A stretch of DNA of 52,736 bases from Solirubrobacterales bacterium (GCA_036376775.1 DASUZP010000032.1:1-52736); one strand, 5' to 3'; shown: positions 25,103 through 34,427, numbered from the stretch's first letter. Numbers and translations: made by a program. The notes: a model not told the origin generated them from the letters alone.

Positions 25103-25336
25103 ATGGCCGACTTGGCGGAGATCGAGGCGATGATCGCGGCGGCGCTACCCGGCGCCTCGGTCGAGGTCGTCGACGAGACCGGCGCCGGCGATCATCTGCG
25201 GGCGACGGTGGCGGCGCCCCAGTTCGCGGGACTCTCGCGGCTCGACCAGCATCGGCTGGTCAAGGCGGCCGTCAAGGCGCGCTTCGAGGACGGGCAGATC
25301 CACGCCCTCTCGATACGGACCGAAGTCACCGGGTAG
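25103..25336 (+). CDS. BolA-family protein
   Basis: The 77-aa protein contains ...DETGAGDHLRATVAAPQFAGLSRLDQHRLV...IHALSIRT, which is the BolA pattern. It is adjacent to a monothiol glutaredoxin. Confidence 0.8.
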   Translation: MADLAEIEAMIAAALPGASVEVVDETGAGDHLRATVAAPQFAGLSRLDQHRLVKAAVKARFEDGQIHALSIRTEVTG

Positions 25337-25343
25337 CTAGTCT

Positions 25344-25736
25344 GTGGCCATGGCCGATCCACAGCTGAAAGAGAAAGTCGAAGAGATGATCGCCGCCAAC
25401 CCGGTGCTGCTCTTCATGAAAGGCACGCCGGAGATGCCGCGCTGCGGCTTCTCGATGCGCGTCGTCCAGGTGCTCGACTCGATGGACGTCGAGTACGGTG
25501 CGGTCGATGTCCTCCCGGCGCTGCAGCCGCTGCGCGAGGTGACCGCCGAGATCTCCGACTGGCAGACCTTCCCCCAGCTCTACGTCAACGGCGAGCTGGT
25601 CGGCGGCGCCGACCTCGTAGAGGAGATGTTCGACTCAGGCGAGCTTGCCGAAGCGCTCGGCGTCGAGCAACCAGAGGTTGTCCCCACTGCCGCGCCACCG
25701 GCGCAGTCGCCGCCGCTTCAGATCGACGGCAGCTAG
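25344..25736 (+). CDS. Monothiol (CGFS) glutaredoxin, Grx4 family
   Basis: VLLFMKGTPEMPRCGFSMRVVQVL...WQTFPQLYVNGELVGGADL. The start is GTG 25344 or ATG 25350. Confidence 0.88.
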   Translation: MAMADPQLKEKVEEMIAANPVLLFMKGTPEMPRCGFSMRVVQVLDSMDVEYGAVDVLPALQPLREVTAEISDWQTFPQLYVNGELVGGADLVEEMFDSGELAEALGVEQPEVVPTAAPPAQSPPLQIDGS

Positions 25737-26107
25737 ACCGCGGCAGTCTCGGCAGCGTCCTCTTTCACCTGGAAAGAAGAGCCACAGCCGCAGGCCGCAA
25801 CCACGTTCGGGTTGTTGACTTGAAAGCCCGCCCCTTGCAGGCCTTCCACGTAGTCGACCTCCGAGCCGAAGACAAACTGCATGCTCACCTTGTCGACGAC
25901 GACGGCGACGCCGTCGACCTCGAAGAGATGGTCGTCGTCCTTGGCGCGGTCGAAGGCGAGTGCGTATTGGAAGCCCGAGCAACCGCCGCCGCGCACCGCA
26001 ACGCGCAGCGCCTGACCCTCGGAGTCGTCCTGACCGCCCAGCAGCTCGCCGATCTTCTCGGCTGCCTTGGCGGTGAGCGTGATTGCCTCGTGTGGGGTAT
26101 CCGTCAC
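25733..26107 (-). CDS. IscA/ErpA/HesB-type iron-sulfur cluster insertion protein
   Basis: LRVAVRGGGCSGFQYALAFD... with the C-terminal CGCGSSF motif. GTG 26107 was chosen (124 aa) because the longer listed start at 26188 overlaps degV. Confidence 0.8.
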   Translation of the reverse strand: MTDTPHEAITLTAKAAEKIGELLGGQDDSEGQALRVAVRGGGCSGFQYALAFDRAKDDDHLFEVDGVAVVVDKVSMQFVFGSEVDYVEGLQGAGFQVNNPNVVAACGCGSSFQVKEDAAETAAV

Positions 26108-26147
26108 TTCATAAAGTGTAGCGGCCGGTCTGCGAGAATCGAGCTCC

Positions 26148-27023
26148 TTGACCGTCGCCGCGCCAACCGCCGTCGTCTGCGACAGCACCGCCTACCTTCC
26201 CACCGAGCTCCGCGACGCGCGCGACATCCATCTCGTCAGCCTCTACGTCTCGATCGACGGGGAGCAGCAACGCGAGACCGAAATCGGCGACTACGGCGCT
26301 TTCTTCGAGCGTCTGCGCGCCTCGGAGAGCGGTGCGACGACCTCACAGCCGTCGATCGGCGACTTCGTCTCCATCTACGAACCGCTGCTCGAAGCCGGCC
26401 GCGAGGTCGCCTCGATCCACATCTCGGCCGGCATCTCCGGCACCTGCGAGGCCGCCGGCCAGGCTCGCCAGCGCCTGATCGACGAGGGCAAGGGCGGCGA
26501 GCGGATCAAGGTCTTCGATTCGCGCTCGGCGGCCGGCGGGATGGGCCTCTGCGCGCTCGGCGCCGCCGCAGCCGCAGCAGCGGGCGGCGATGCCGACGCA
26601 GCCCTGGCTCGCGCCCAGCAGACCCGCGAAGAGCTGAAGATGTGGTTCGCGATCGACACCCTCGAGTACCTGCGGCGAGGTGGACGGATCGGCGGCGCCA
26701 GCGCCTTCATCGGCTCGGCGCTGAAGATCAAGCCGATCCTCACCCTGGAGGAGGAGATCACGCCGGTGGAGCGGGTCCGCACCCGCGCCCGCTCGATCGA
26801 GCGCCTGCGCGACTACGCCCGCGAGCGCCACGACTCCAACCTCGACGCCTGGGTCGTCCAGCACATCCAGGACGACGAGACCGCTGCCGCCCTGGCCGAC
26901 GACGCGCGCGAGATCTTTGGCTGCGAGCCGGCCTTCATCTCCGAGATCGGCGCCGTCCTCGGCGCCCATGTCGGCCCGGGCCTGCTCGGGATCGGCAGCG
27001 TCAGCAAATCCGTCTTGAGCTGA
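26148..27023 (+). CDS. DegV-family fatty-acid-binding protein
   Basis: TAVVCDSTAYLP..., TTSQPSIGDF... and LEYLRRGGRIG... are DegV signatures. The start is TTG. Confidence 0.82.
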   Translation: MTVAAPTAVVCDSTAYLPTELRDARDIHLVSLYVSIDGEQQRETEIGDYGAFFERLRASESGATTSQPSIGDFVSIYEPLLEAGREVASIHISAGISGTCEAAGQARQRLIDEGKGGERIKVFDSRSAAGGMGLCALGAAAAAAAGGDADAALARAQQTREELKMWFAIDTLEYLRRGGRIGGASAFIGSALKIKPILTLEEEITPVERVRTRARSIERLRDYARERHDSNLDAWVVQHIQDDETAAALADDAREIFGCEPAFISEIGAVLGAHVGPGLLGIGSVSKSVLS

Positions 27024-27027
27024 GCCG

Positions 27028-27270
27028 CTACCTGCGGCGACGGCGCATCGCGAGCAGGCCAACCGCAAACCCGGCGACGGCGGCTCCGACGACCAGCTGG
27101 CTGCGGTGCTCTTTGACCTGGCGGCGCCAGTCGGTGAGCTCGGCGACGCGGCCGCGCAGGGCTTCGACCGAGCGGCCGAGGTCCTGTCGCTGCAGGTCGA
27201 TGTCGCGGCGGATCTCGGCGGCCGAGCGACCGGGGAGGCCGACGGTGGAAGGACGAACGGGCTCGGTCAC
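27028..27270 (-). CDS. DUF3618-like small protein with C-terminal TM anchor
   Basis: SAAEIRRDIDLQRQDLGRSVEALRGRV...LVVGAAVAGFAVGLLAMRRRRR. An ATGA-type overlap joins it to the upstream holin-X-like gene. Confidence 0.65.
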   Translation of the reverse strand: MTEPVRPSTVGLPGRSAAEIRRDIDLQRQDLGRSVEALRGRVAELTDWRRQVKEHRSQLVVGAAVAGFAVGLLAMRRRRR

Positions 27271-27716
27271 TTCCGCTCCTCTCCAGGCGAGACCTTGGCG
27301 CCGTCGCCTTCGAGCGTGCTCCTGATCTGCTTGGCCTCCTCGATCGCCTGCTCGGGAACCGGCGGCGCGCCGGCCTGGACCGAGCGATAGGCGAAGAGAC
27401 CGGCGCCCGCCGCGATCAGCAGGAAGAGCGCCGCCTCGACGAAGAAGCCGGGCCAGGCGTTGCCGTCGAAGACCTCTTCGGCCAGAAGCCAGGCCACCCC
27501 CTCCATGATCAAGATCAGGGCGAGGAAGGCGAAGGTGCCGGCGGCGATGCCGACGACCGAGCCGCGCAGGATCTTGCCGACTTTCTCACCGATCTCCGTC
27601 TTGGCGAGCTCGATCTCCTCGCGGACGAGCGAGGAGGCGCGTTCGGAGACGTCGAAGACGAGCTCGGCGACCGAGCGGTCGGGATCCTGCGGCGGGGTCG
27701 GGGTGGGGTCGGCCAC
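27267..27716 (-). CDS. Actinobacterial holin-X-like / 'phage holin family' membrane protein
   Basis: SLVREEIELAKTEIGEKVGKILRGSVVGIAAGTFAFLALILIMEG...FFVEAALFLLIAAGAGLF is an amphipathic helix followed by two TM helices. The start is GTG. Confidence 0.65.
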   Translation of the reverse strand: MADPTPTPPQDPDRSVAELVFDVSERASSLVREEIELAKTEIGEKVGKILRGSVVGIAAGTFAFLALILIMEGVAWLLAEEVFDGNAWPGFFVEAALFLLIAAGAGLFAYRSVQAGAPPVPEQAIEEAKQIRSTLEGDGAKVSPGEERK

Positions 27717-27725
27717 TGGACCCGG

Positions 27726-27860
27726 CTACTCCGGTGGATCCTCTTCGAAGACCCGCTTCCAGACGATCGCGGCGAGCCTCGTGGCGGCGATGCTGGCGAG
27801 CGCGCTGCTGGCGGCCAGCAAACCGCTCCAGGCGAGGCGTTTGACGATCTCGTTGTCCAT
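27726..27860 (-). CDS. Unlisted 44-aa ORF, DUF4235-like small membrane protein
   Basis: Hand translation gives MDNEIVKRLAWSGLLAASSALASIAATRLAAIVWKRVFEEDPPE*. It is too short for the ORF track. It ends 9 nt upstream of the holin-X-like start, and the VWKRV..EDPP tail resembles DUF4235. Confidence 0.5.
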   Translation of the reverse strand: MDNEIVKRLAWSGLLAASSALASIAATRLAAIVWKRVFEEDPPE

Positions 27861-27876
27861 CGCGGTCCGACCTTAC

Positions 27877-28482
27877 CTATCGAGGCTCGAGGCCGTCGCA
27901 GATCGTCGCCGTGACAAGAGTCTTTGCCTGCTCGAGATCGGTGTCGGAGGCGGGGGTCAATTCGAAGATCCAGCCCGAGAGCTGCTGCTCGATCGCGCCG
28001 TAGAAGGACATCGAGGCGAAAGCCGAGTCGATGTCGCGGCGGAAGTCACCGGACTGCTGACCGTCGGCGACGATCTTGGCGATCGAGTCGTAGGCGCGGC
28101 GGATCTCCGGTAGATGGGTGCGGCCGAACGAGTTGGCGGCGCGGGTGACCTCGACGATGATCACCTTCATCAGCTCCGGGTCGTGGCGGTAGGAGTCGAC
28201 GATGAAGCCGGCGACCGCCTCGAGCTTTGCCCGCGGCGTCGCTGCGCTGCGGTCGGCCTCCTCGATCGCCGCCAACAGCAACGACCAGCGCTCGCTGAAG
28301 AGCTCGTTGAGAACCTCGTCCTTCGACTTGAAGTAGTGGTAGACCAGCCCGTAGGCGACTCCCGCCTCGTCGGCGATGTCGGCGACGCGGGTCGAGTGAA
28401 AGCCCTGGCGGGCGAAGACGCGGATCGCCGCGTCGAGGATCTGCCGGCGCTTGTCGATCGCCGGTGCTTTCGAGCTCGCCAT
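27877..28482 (-). CDS. TetR-family transcriptional regulator
   Basis: RRQILDAAIRVFARQGFHSTRVADIADEAGVAYGLVYHYFKSK is the HTH. The ATG overlaps the nitrilase-family stop by 1 nt (TGATG). Confidence 0.88.
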   Translation of the reverse strand: MASSKAPAIDKRRQILDAAIRVFARQGFHSTRVADIADEAGVAYGLVYHYFKSKDEVLNELFSERWSLLLAAIEEADRSAATPRAKLEAVAGFIVDSYRHDPELMKVIIVEVTRAANSFGRTHLPEIRRAYDSIAKIVADGQQSGDFRRDIDSAFASMSFYGAIEQQLSGWIFELTPASDTDLEQAKTLVTATICDGLEPR

Positions 28483-29327
28483 CAGGCGTGGGCCTCCATC
28501 AACTGCGGCCAGATGTAGGCCTGCGGGCGACGGTTGGCGAGCGAGGGCAGCTGCTCCCGGGTCCGCTCCTGCGCGACGAGGTCGAGCTCGGCGGCGACGA
28601 AGCACTCCTCGTCCGGCGCCGTGGCGAGCACGACTCCCCAGGGGTCGACGATCACCGAGCGCCCGTAGGAGCTGTAGTGAGGGGGCGCCTCGCCGATCTG
28701 GTCGGGGGCGATGACGAAGACCTGGTTCTCGATCGCACGGGCGCGCAGCAGCACCTGCCAGTGGTCGCGCCCGGTTGCCGCGGTGAAGGCGGAGGGGACG
28801 GCGATCAGACGGGCGCCGCGCACGGCGAGGATCCGGTAGAGCTCGGGAAAGCGCAGGTCGTAACAGACGGTGAGGCCGAGCTCGAGCCCGTCGAGGTTTG
28901 CGGAGACGATCTCGCTGCCCGCCTGCTCGTGCTCGGACTCGCGGTAGGCGACGCCGCCGGCTTCGACGTCGAACATGTGGATCTTGCGGTAGGTGGCGAG
29001 GTCGGTGCCGTCGGGACCGACCAGGACCGAGGTGTTGAACGCCTTTTCCTCGCTGCGCTCGGCGATGCTGCCGGCGAGTAGGTGGATGCCGAGCTCGTGG
29101 GCCCAGCCGCGGGCGGCGGTGAGGCTGGGGCCGTCGAGCGGCTCGGCGCCGACGGCCATCTCCTCGCCCGTGGAGAGCAGGTTCCACTTCTCCGGCAGGG
29201 CGACCAGCTCGGCGCCGTCGGCGGCCGCCGCACGCACCAGGCGCTCGGCGGCGCCCAGGTTCCGCGCCTTGTCGCCATTCGAGTTGAGCTGCACTGCCGC
29301 TACGCGCACTTCGAGTCCTCTCACCAC
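28482..29327 (-). CDS. Carbon-nitrogen hydrolase (nitrilase superfamily) protein
   Basis: RVAAVQLNS..., the catalytic-E region ELVALPE, and the catalytic Cys in LGLTVCYDLRFPELY. The start is GTG 29327 or GTG 29309. Confidence 0.85.
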   Translation of the reverse strand: MVRGLEVRVAAVQLNSNGDKARNLGAAERLVRAAAADGAELVALPEKWNLLSTGEEMAVGAEPLDGPSLTAARGWAHELGIHLLAGSIAERSEEKAFNTSVLVGPDGTDLATYRKIHMFDVEAGGVAYRESEHEQAGSEIVSANLDGLELGLTVCYDLRFPELYRILAVRGARLIAVPSAFTAATGRDHWQVLLRARAIENQVFVIAPDQIGEAPPHYSSYGRSVIVDPWGVVLATAPDEECFVAAELDLVAQERTREQLPSLANRRPQAYIWPQLMEAHA

Positions 29328-29331
29328 TGGC

Positions 29332-29345
29332 TGACTGACCAGTCA
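29332..29345. promoter_or_regulatory. Candidate TetR operator (palindrome TGACTG-AC-CAGTCA)
   Basis: The half-sites are a perfect 6 bp. The site lies in the divergent spacer between the nitrilase-tetR operon and the cyclase gene. Confidence 0.35.
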
Positions 29346-29399
29346 ATCGGTTTGCAGAGGGCCAGTATAGGTGGCTTCGGGGCGTACGATTGGAGTCAC

Positions 29400-32300
29400 G
29401 TGAGCAGTGCGGATCGCATCGAGGCGGACGGTGAGCGCAAGCAGGTCACCGTGCTCTTCGCCGACGTCATGGGGTCGATGGACATGGCCGAGCAGCATGA
29501 TCCCGAGGAGTGGCGCCGGATCATGCAGGGCTTCTTCTCGATCCTCGCCGACGAGGTGCGTCGTTTCGAGGGCACGGTCGACAAATTCACCGGCGACGGG
29601 ATCATGGCCGTCTTCGGCGCCCCGGTCGCCCACGAGGACCACGCCCGGCGCGCCTGCTTCGCGGCGCTGCGGATGCTCGACGACATCGCCGAGTACGCGG
29701 CCGAGCTGCGCCGCAAGCACGGACTCAACTTCTCCGCCCGGATCGGGGTCAACTCGGGCGAGGTGATCGCCGGCGCGATCGGTGAGAAAGACGGTGGGTA
29801 TACCGCGGTCGGCCACACGGTCGGCCTTGCGCAACGAATGGAGGCGCTGGCCGAGCCGGGCAAGGCATACCTGACCGAGGCGGCCGCCGAGCTCGCCCAC
29901 GGCTATTTCGCTTTGGAGGACCTGGGCGAGTTCGAGATCAAGGGAGCGAGCCGCCCGGTGAGGGTCTTCGAGCTGGCCGGGATCGGCTCGGCACGTTCGC
30001 GGCTCGACCTCTCGCGCGAGCGCGGTTTCTCCCGCTTCGTCGGTCGCGGCAAGGAGATGGCAGTGCTGGAGGCGGCGCTGGGCAGAGCCAGGGCCGGCGA
30101 AGGCGCGGTGGTCGGAGTCGTCGCCGAGCCGGGGGTCGGCAAGAGTCGACTCTGCCTGGAGTTCGCCCAGCGCAGCCGCGACCGCGGCGTCGAAGTGTTC
30201 GAAGCACAGGGACAGGCGCACGGGCGGGAGCTGCTCTTCATGCCGGTACTGCAGATGCTCCGCTCCTACTTCGACATCGGCGACTCCGATTCGGAGCGAA
30301 TCGTGCGCGAGAAGATCGCCGGCCGCACGCTCCTCCTCGACCCCGGCTTCGTCGATGACCTGCCCCTTCTATTCGACTTCCTCGGCGTCCCCGACCCCGA
30401 CCGACCCCTCCCGCAGCTGAGCGCAGAGGCGCGGCAGCGAGCGCTGCAAAGTGTGGTCTGCCGGCTCGTCCGCGCGCCCAATCGGCGCAATCCGATCGTC
30501 ACGGTGATCGAGGATCTGCACTGGATGGACGAAGGCAGCGAGAGTCTGCTCGAAGAGCTGCTGAACAACGTCGACGGCACCGAAACGCTGGTCCTCGTCA
30601 ACTTCCGGCCCGAGTACGACCCGGGCTGGGACAGGGGCCCGTCCCGCTACCGCCAGATCGAGCTGGAGCCGCTCGGGGCGAGCGACACGCGGGAGCTGCT
30701 CCGTGACCTCGCCGGGGACGACCCCTCATTCGACGGGCTCTCCGAGCTGATCCACGAGCGGACCGCGGGCAACCCGTTCTTCATCGAGGAGATCGTGCGG
30801 GCCCTGGCCGAGGCTGGAAACCTCGAGGGCGAGCGGGGCGCCTACCGGCTGGCGAAACCGGTCGGAGAGACCCTGGTGCCGGTCAGCGTCCAGACCGTGC
30901 TCGCCGCCCGCATCGATCGGCTCGAGCCCGACGCGAAGCGCCTGCTGCAGGCGGCCTCGGTAGCGGGCAAGGAGGTCGCCGAGCCGGCACTCGTCGCAAT
31001 CTCCGAGAGGAAGGACGAAGAGCGCTGCCGGGTCACGCTGAAAGAGCTGATCGAGGCCGGTTTCCTCTACGAGCACGAGGTCTACCCGGAGCGGGTGCTC
31101 GCCTTCCGCCATCCCCTGACCCGGGAGGTGGCGTACGGAACGCAGCTGGGCGAGCAGCGGGCTGCCACTCACGCCGCGGTCGCCAGGGCGACGATCGCGC
31201 TCAACCCCGAGCGGCACGAGGAGCTCGCGGCGCTGATCGCAAACCACATGGAAAAAGGCGGCGAGGTGCTGGAGGCGGCGCGCTGGTCGGCGCGCGCCGC
31301 CTACTGGGCGGGGCACAGCCGCCCCCACGATTCCATGCGCCTGTGGCGCAACGTGATGGAGCTGGTCGAGGAGCTGGAGGAGACGGAGGAGACGACCGCG
31401 CTCGCCGTCACCTCGCGGCTCTTGCAGCTCGACTATGCGTGGCGCCTCGGCATGGACCGCGAGGAAGCGAGGCAGCTCGAGCGCGAGGCCGGGGAGATCG
31501 CGACGCGGATCGGTGACCTGCGCTCGCTGGCGCTGCTGCGAATGCTGCGCTCCGGACGACCCGGCCTCGAACAGACGACCTCGGCCTGGATCGAGGGCGT
31601 CACCGAGGCCAACCGGATCGCCGACGAATCCGGCGATCCATACCTGCGCGTCGCGATCCGTGCCGCGGGGGCCTACGCGTACCTCTGCGCAGCCGACTTC
31701 GACCGGCTCGAAAGCACCGCCGACGAGGTCCTCGAGCTTGCGGACGGCGACATCGGCGCCGGTGCCGGCATCGTCATCGGTTGCCCCGTAGCCTGGGCGC
31801 TGGGTGCGAAAGCAATAGTCGCCCGGGAGCGGGGCGAATACGAGCGTTGCGAAGAGCTGCTCAACCAGAGCATCCGCATCGCGGAGGAGCTCGGTGACCC
31901 GGAGACCGCGAGCTGGAACCGTGGCACGCGGGCACTGCTGCTATCGGCTCAGGGGCAAGCCGATGCCGCGGTGGTGGCGGCGCGGCGAAACTTCGAGCTG
32001 ACCGAGCGGATGGGGGACGTCTTCTCGCGCTCCCTCGCGCTGACCAACCTCGGCGGCAGCCAGCTCGCGGCAGAGGATTTCTCCGGTGCCCTGGACACCT
32101 TCGAGCAGGCAGAGCGGCTGTATCGCGAGGCGATGGGCGACACCGGCGACGAGATGCAGGCATGGCGCGCGGCCGAGCGCGCCGAAGCCCTGCGAGGAGT
32201 CGGCCGCGTGGACGAGGCGATCGAGCTCGCCGAATGGGCGATCGGTGTGGCGAAGAAGCGCGAGCTCTTCTGGTCGCTCCCAATTGCTCTCCTCGCCGCC

Positions 32301-32444
32301 GGCCGCGCTCGCATCGCCGCCGGCCGCGAGGGCGCGCGCGACCTGCTCGACCGAGCTGCGACGATCGCCGCGGACAACGGCGCACTGACGACGCTGGACG
32401 CGATCGAAGCGGAGCGCGAGGCGCTCGCCGCAACGCGGCGTTAG
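29400..32444 (+). CDS. Class III nucleotidyl cyclase - P-loop NTPase - TPR (STAND-type) protein
   Basis: KQVTVLFADVMGS and VDKFTGDGIMAVFG carry the metal-binding Asp residues, and IGVNSGEVIAG is the cyclase fold. Walker A is AEPGVGKSRL. The C-terminal half is helical-repeat/TPR-like. The GTG at 29400 follows a GGAG; the upstream part of the listed ORF overlaps the nitrilase gene. Confidence 0.85.
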   Translation: MSSADRIEADGERKQVTVLFADVMGSMDMAEQHDPEEWRRIMQGFFSILADEVRRFEGTVDKFTGDGIMAVFGAPVAHEDHARRACFAALRMLDDIAEYAAELRRKHGLNFSARIGVNSGEVIAGAIGEKDGGYTAVGHTVGLAQRMEALAEPGKAYLTEAAAELAHGYFALEDLGEFEIKGASRPVRVFELAGIGSARSRLDLSRERGFSRFVGRGKEMAVLEAALGRARAGEGAVVGVVAEPGVGKSRLCLEFAQRSRDRGVEVFEAQGQAHGRELLFMPVLQMLRSYFDIGDSDSERIVREKIAGRTLLLDPGFVDDLPLLFDFLGVPDPDRPLPQLSAEARQRALQSVVCRLVRAPNRRNPIVTVIEDLHWMDEGSESLLEELLNNVDGTETLVLVNFRPEYDPGWDRGPSRYRQIELEPLGASDTRELLRDLAGDDPSFDGLSELIHERTAGNPFFIEEIVRALAEAGNLEGERGAYRLAKPVGETLVPVSVQTVLAARIDRLEPDAKRLLQAASVAGKEVAEPALVAISERKDEERCRVTLKELIEAGFLYEHEVYPERVLAFRHPLTREVAYGTQLGEQRAATHAAVARATIALNPERHEELAALIANHMEKGGEVLEAARWSARAAYWAGHSRPHDSMRLWRNVMELVEELEETEETTALAVTSRLLQLDYAWRLGMDREEARQLEREAGEIATRIGDLRSLALLRMLRSGRPGLEQTTSAWIEGVTEANRIADESGDPYLRVAIRAAGAYAYLCAADFDRLESTADEVLELADGDIGAGAGIVIGCPVAWALGAKAIVARERGEYERCEELLNQSIRIAEELGDPETASWNRGTRALLLSAQGQADAAVVAARRNFELTERMGDVFSRSLALTNLGGSQLAAEDFSGALDTFEQAERLYREAMGDTGDEMQAWRAAERAEALRGVGRVDEAIELAEWAIGVAKKRELFWSLPIALLAAGRARIAAGREGARDLLDRAATIAADNGALTTLDAIEAEREALAATRR

Positions 32445-32513
32445 CAGCTGGCAGCGCAGCCGACTTTCACCACACCGGGCTGGGGTAAATGTCGGATGCG
32501 CACCCCGGAGGGA

Positions 32514-33353
32514 CTACATCCCCGTTGCGCGAGCGACGATCCAATCGACGATGCGGTCGGGGAGGACGCGGCCTGCGAATGCCTGGCCGCGGGCGTCTGC
32601 ACCGACGAGATAGCGGGTGCGCGGGCGCCTCGCGCTCAACGCATGCTCGATTTTCACCGCGACCCGCTCGGGCGGGATGCCCCGCTCTCCGGTCTTCCGC
32701 GCCACCTCGCGGAAGGCGGCGGACGCCTCCCCGTAGAGCTCCGCATGTCCGTCGCCGGCACGCTCGGCGAGCGCGTCGACTTCGGCGTCGCCGCGTTCCC
32801 AGATCGGGGTTGCGATCGAGCCCGGCTCGATCACGGCGACCTTTATCCCCCAGGGACGCAGCTCCTGACGGAAGACGTCGCCGACCGCCTCGAGGCCGAA
32901 CTTCGCCGCGTGGTAGGCGCCGAACATCGGGAAGGCCATGAGGCCGCCGATCGAGGTGATGAAGACGATGCGGCCCCGCGCCGCGCGGATCGCCGGCAGC
33001 ATCGCCTGGGTCACCGCGACGTGCGCCGTCAGGTTGACGCCGATCTGACGTTCGAAGTCCTCGATCGGCAAGGTCTCGAGTGGGCCCGGCACAGCGATGC
33101 CGGCGTTGTTGACAAGACCGTCGAGACCGGCGCTGACCTCGGCACCGATCCGCTCTGCTGCCGCCGCGATCTGAACGGCATCGGTCACGTCGAGCATCAA
33201 CGGCACCAACCGCTCCGAGCTAGCTTGGCGCAGGGACTCGGCGTCGGCCTCCTTGCGCACCCCGGCGAAAACCCGCCAGCCCGCCGCGTCCAAGTGCAGG
33301 GCGGTCGCCCGGCCGATCCCCGTCGAGGCTCCCGTGATCAGAACCGACTTCAC
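32514..33353 (-). CDS. Short-chain dehydrogenase/reductase (SDR)
   Basis: MKSVLITGASTGIGRA (TGxxxGxG), NNAG, and the active site YHAAK. Confidence 0.88.
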   Translation of the reverse strand: MKSVLITGASTGIGRATALHLDAAGWRVFAGVRKEADAESLRQASSERLVPLMLDVTDAVQIAAAAERIGAEVSAGLDGLVNNAGIAVPGPLETLPIEDFERQIGVNLTAHVAVTQAMLPAIRAARGRIVFITSIGGLMAFPMFGAYHAAKFGLEAVGDVFRQELRPWGIKVAVIEPGSIATPIWERGDAEVDALAERAGDGHAELYGEASAAFREVARKTGERGIPPERVAVKIEHALSARRPRTRYLVGADARGQAFAGRVLPDRIVDWIVARATGM

Positions 33354-33437
33354 GGACGCAGCCTAGATGATTGGTCGAGGTTTGAATCGCATAGTGGTCT
33401 GCGCCGCCCCCACGCGGCGCGGGCTAAAATCGCCCCG

Positions 33438-34427
33438 ATGGGCGCTGCAGTCTTCGTTACCGGCGGATCCGGTTTCATCGGCGGGCGACTGGTCGAACGC
33501 CTCGTCGGCGAAGGGCGCCCGGTCAGGGCCTTGGCCCGCTCCGACGCCTCCGCCGAGAGGGTCGCCGCCCTCGGCGCCGAGCCGGTGCGTGGCGACATCG
33601 TCGACCGCGCGTCGCTCGCCTCCGCCGCCGCTGGAACCAACGTCGCCTTCCACCTTGCCGCCAATCTGGGCGAGTGGGGACCCTGGCCGGACTTCGAACA
33701 GGGCAACGTCGAGGGGACGCGCAACGTGCTCGCCGCCTGCGCCGAGGCAGGCGTGCGGCGCTTCGTCCACTGCGGCACCGAGGCCGCGCTGATGGGCGGC
33801 GAGCCACTGGTCCAGGTCGACGAGACGGCGCCGCTGCGACCCGACTCGCGGGCGCCCTACCCGGCGACCAAGGCACGGGCCGAGCAGGAGGTGCGAGACG
33901 CAAACCGGGACGGCTTCGAGACGGTCGTAGTGCGACCCCGCTTCGTCTGGGGCAAGGGCGACACGACCCTGCTGCCGGGGATGGTCGCGACGGTCGAGGC
34001 GGGCAAATGGGCCTGGGTCGGCGGTGGCACCAACGTCACCGACACCGCCCACGTCGACAACGTCGTCGAGGGGCTGGTCCTGGCGGCCGAGAAGGGCCGG
34101 CCCGGAGAGGCCTACTTCGTCACCGACGACGAGCGGGTCACTTTCCGCGAGTTCGTCACCGCGATGCTGCAGACGCAGGGAGTCGAGCCGCCGGATCGCA
34201 ACCTCCCGGCCTGGACCGCAGCACCGATGGCCCGCATCTGCGAAGCGGCGTGGAAGCTACTGCCGCTCAAGGGCGACCCGCCGATGACGACCTTCCGCTC
34301 CTGGCTGCTGACTCAGGAGTGCACGATCGACATCGCCAAGGCCCGCACCGAGCTCGACTACACCCCACTCGTCACCCACGACCAGGGCCTCGCCGAGTTA
34401 CGCGAAGCTGCATCCAGCGTCACATAG
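33438..34427 (+). CDS. NAD-dependent epimerase/dehydratase (extended SDR, 3-beta-HSD-like)
   Basis: VFVTGGSGFIGGRLVERL and YPATKARAEQ (YxxxK). This is the internal ATG of listed ORF 32496..34427, whose upstream part is antisense to the SDR gene. Confidence 0.85.
   Translation: MGAAVFVTGGSGFIGGRLVERLVGEGRPVRALARSDASAERVAALGAEPVRGDIVDRASLASAAAGTNVAFHLAANLGEWGPWPDFEQGNVEGTRNVLAACAEAGVRRFVHCGTEAALMGGEPLVQVDETAPLRPDSRAPYPATKARAEQEVRDANRDGFETVVVRPRFVWGKGDTTLLPGMVATVEAGKWAWVGGGTNVTDTAHVDNVVEGLVLAAEKGRPGEAYFVTDDERVTFREFVTAMLQTQGVEPPDRNLPAWTAAPMARICEAAWKLLPLKGDPPMTTFRSWLLTQECTIDIAKARTELDYTPLVTHDQGLAELREAASSVT

Noticed and set aside
27267-27716. The 'phage holin family' gene as part of a prophage lysis cassette.
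   Set aside because: There are no endolysin, terminase, capsid or integrase genes nearby. The only amidase (43699..44373) is 16 kb away in an unrelated operon. The neighbours are the small DUF3618-like and DUF4235-like genes.
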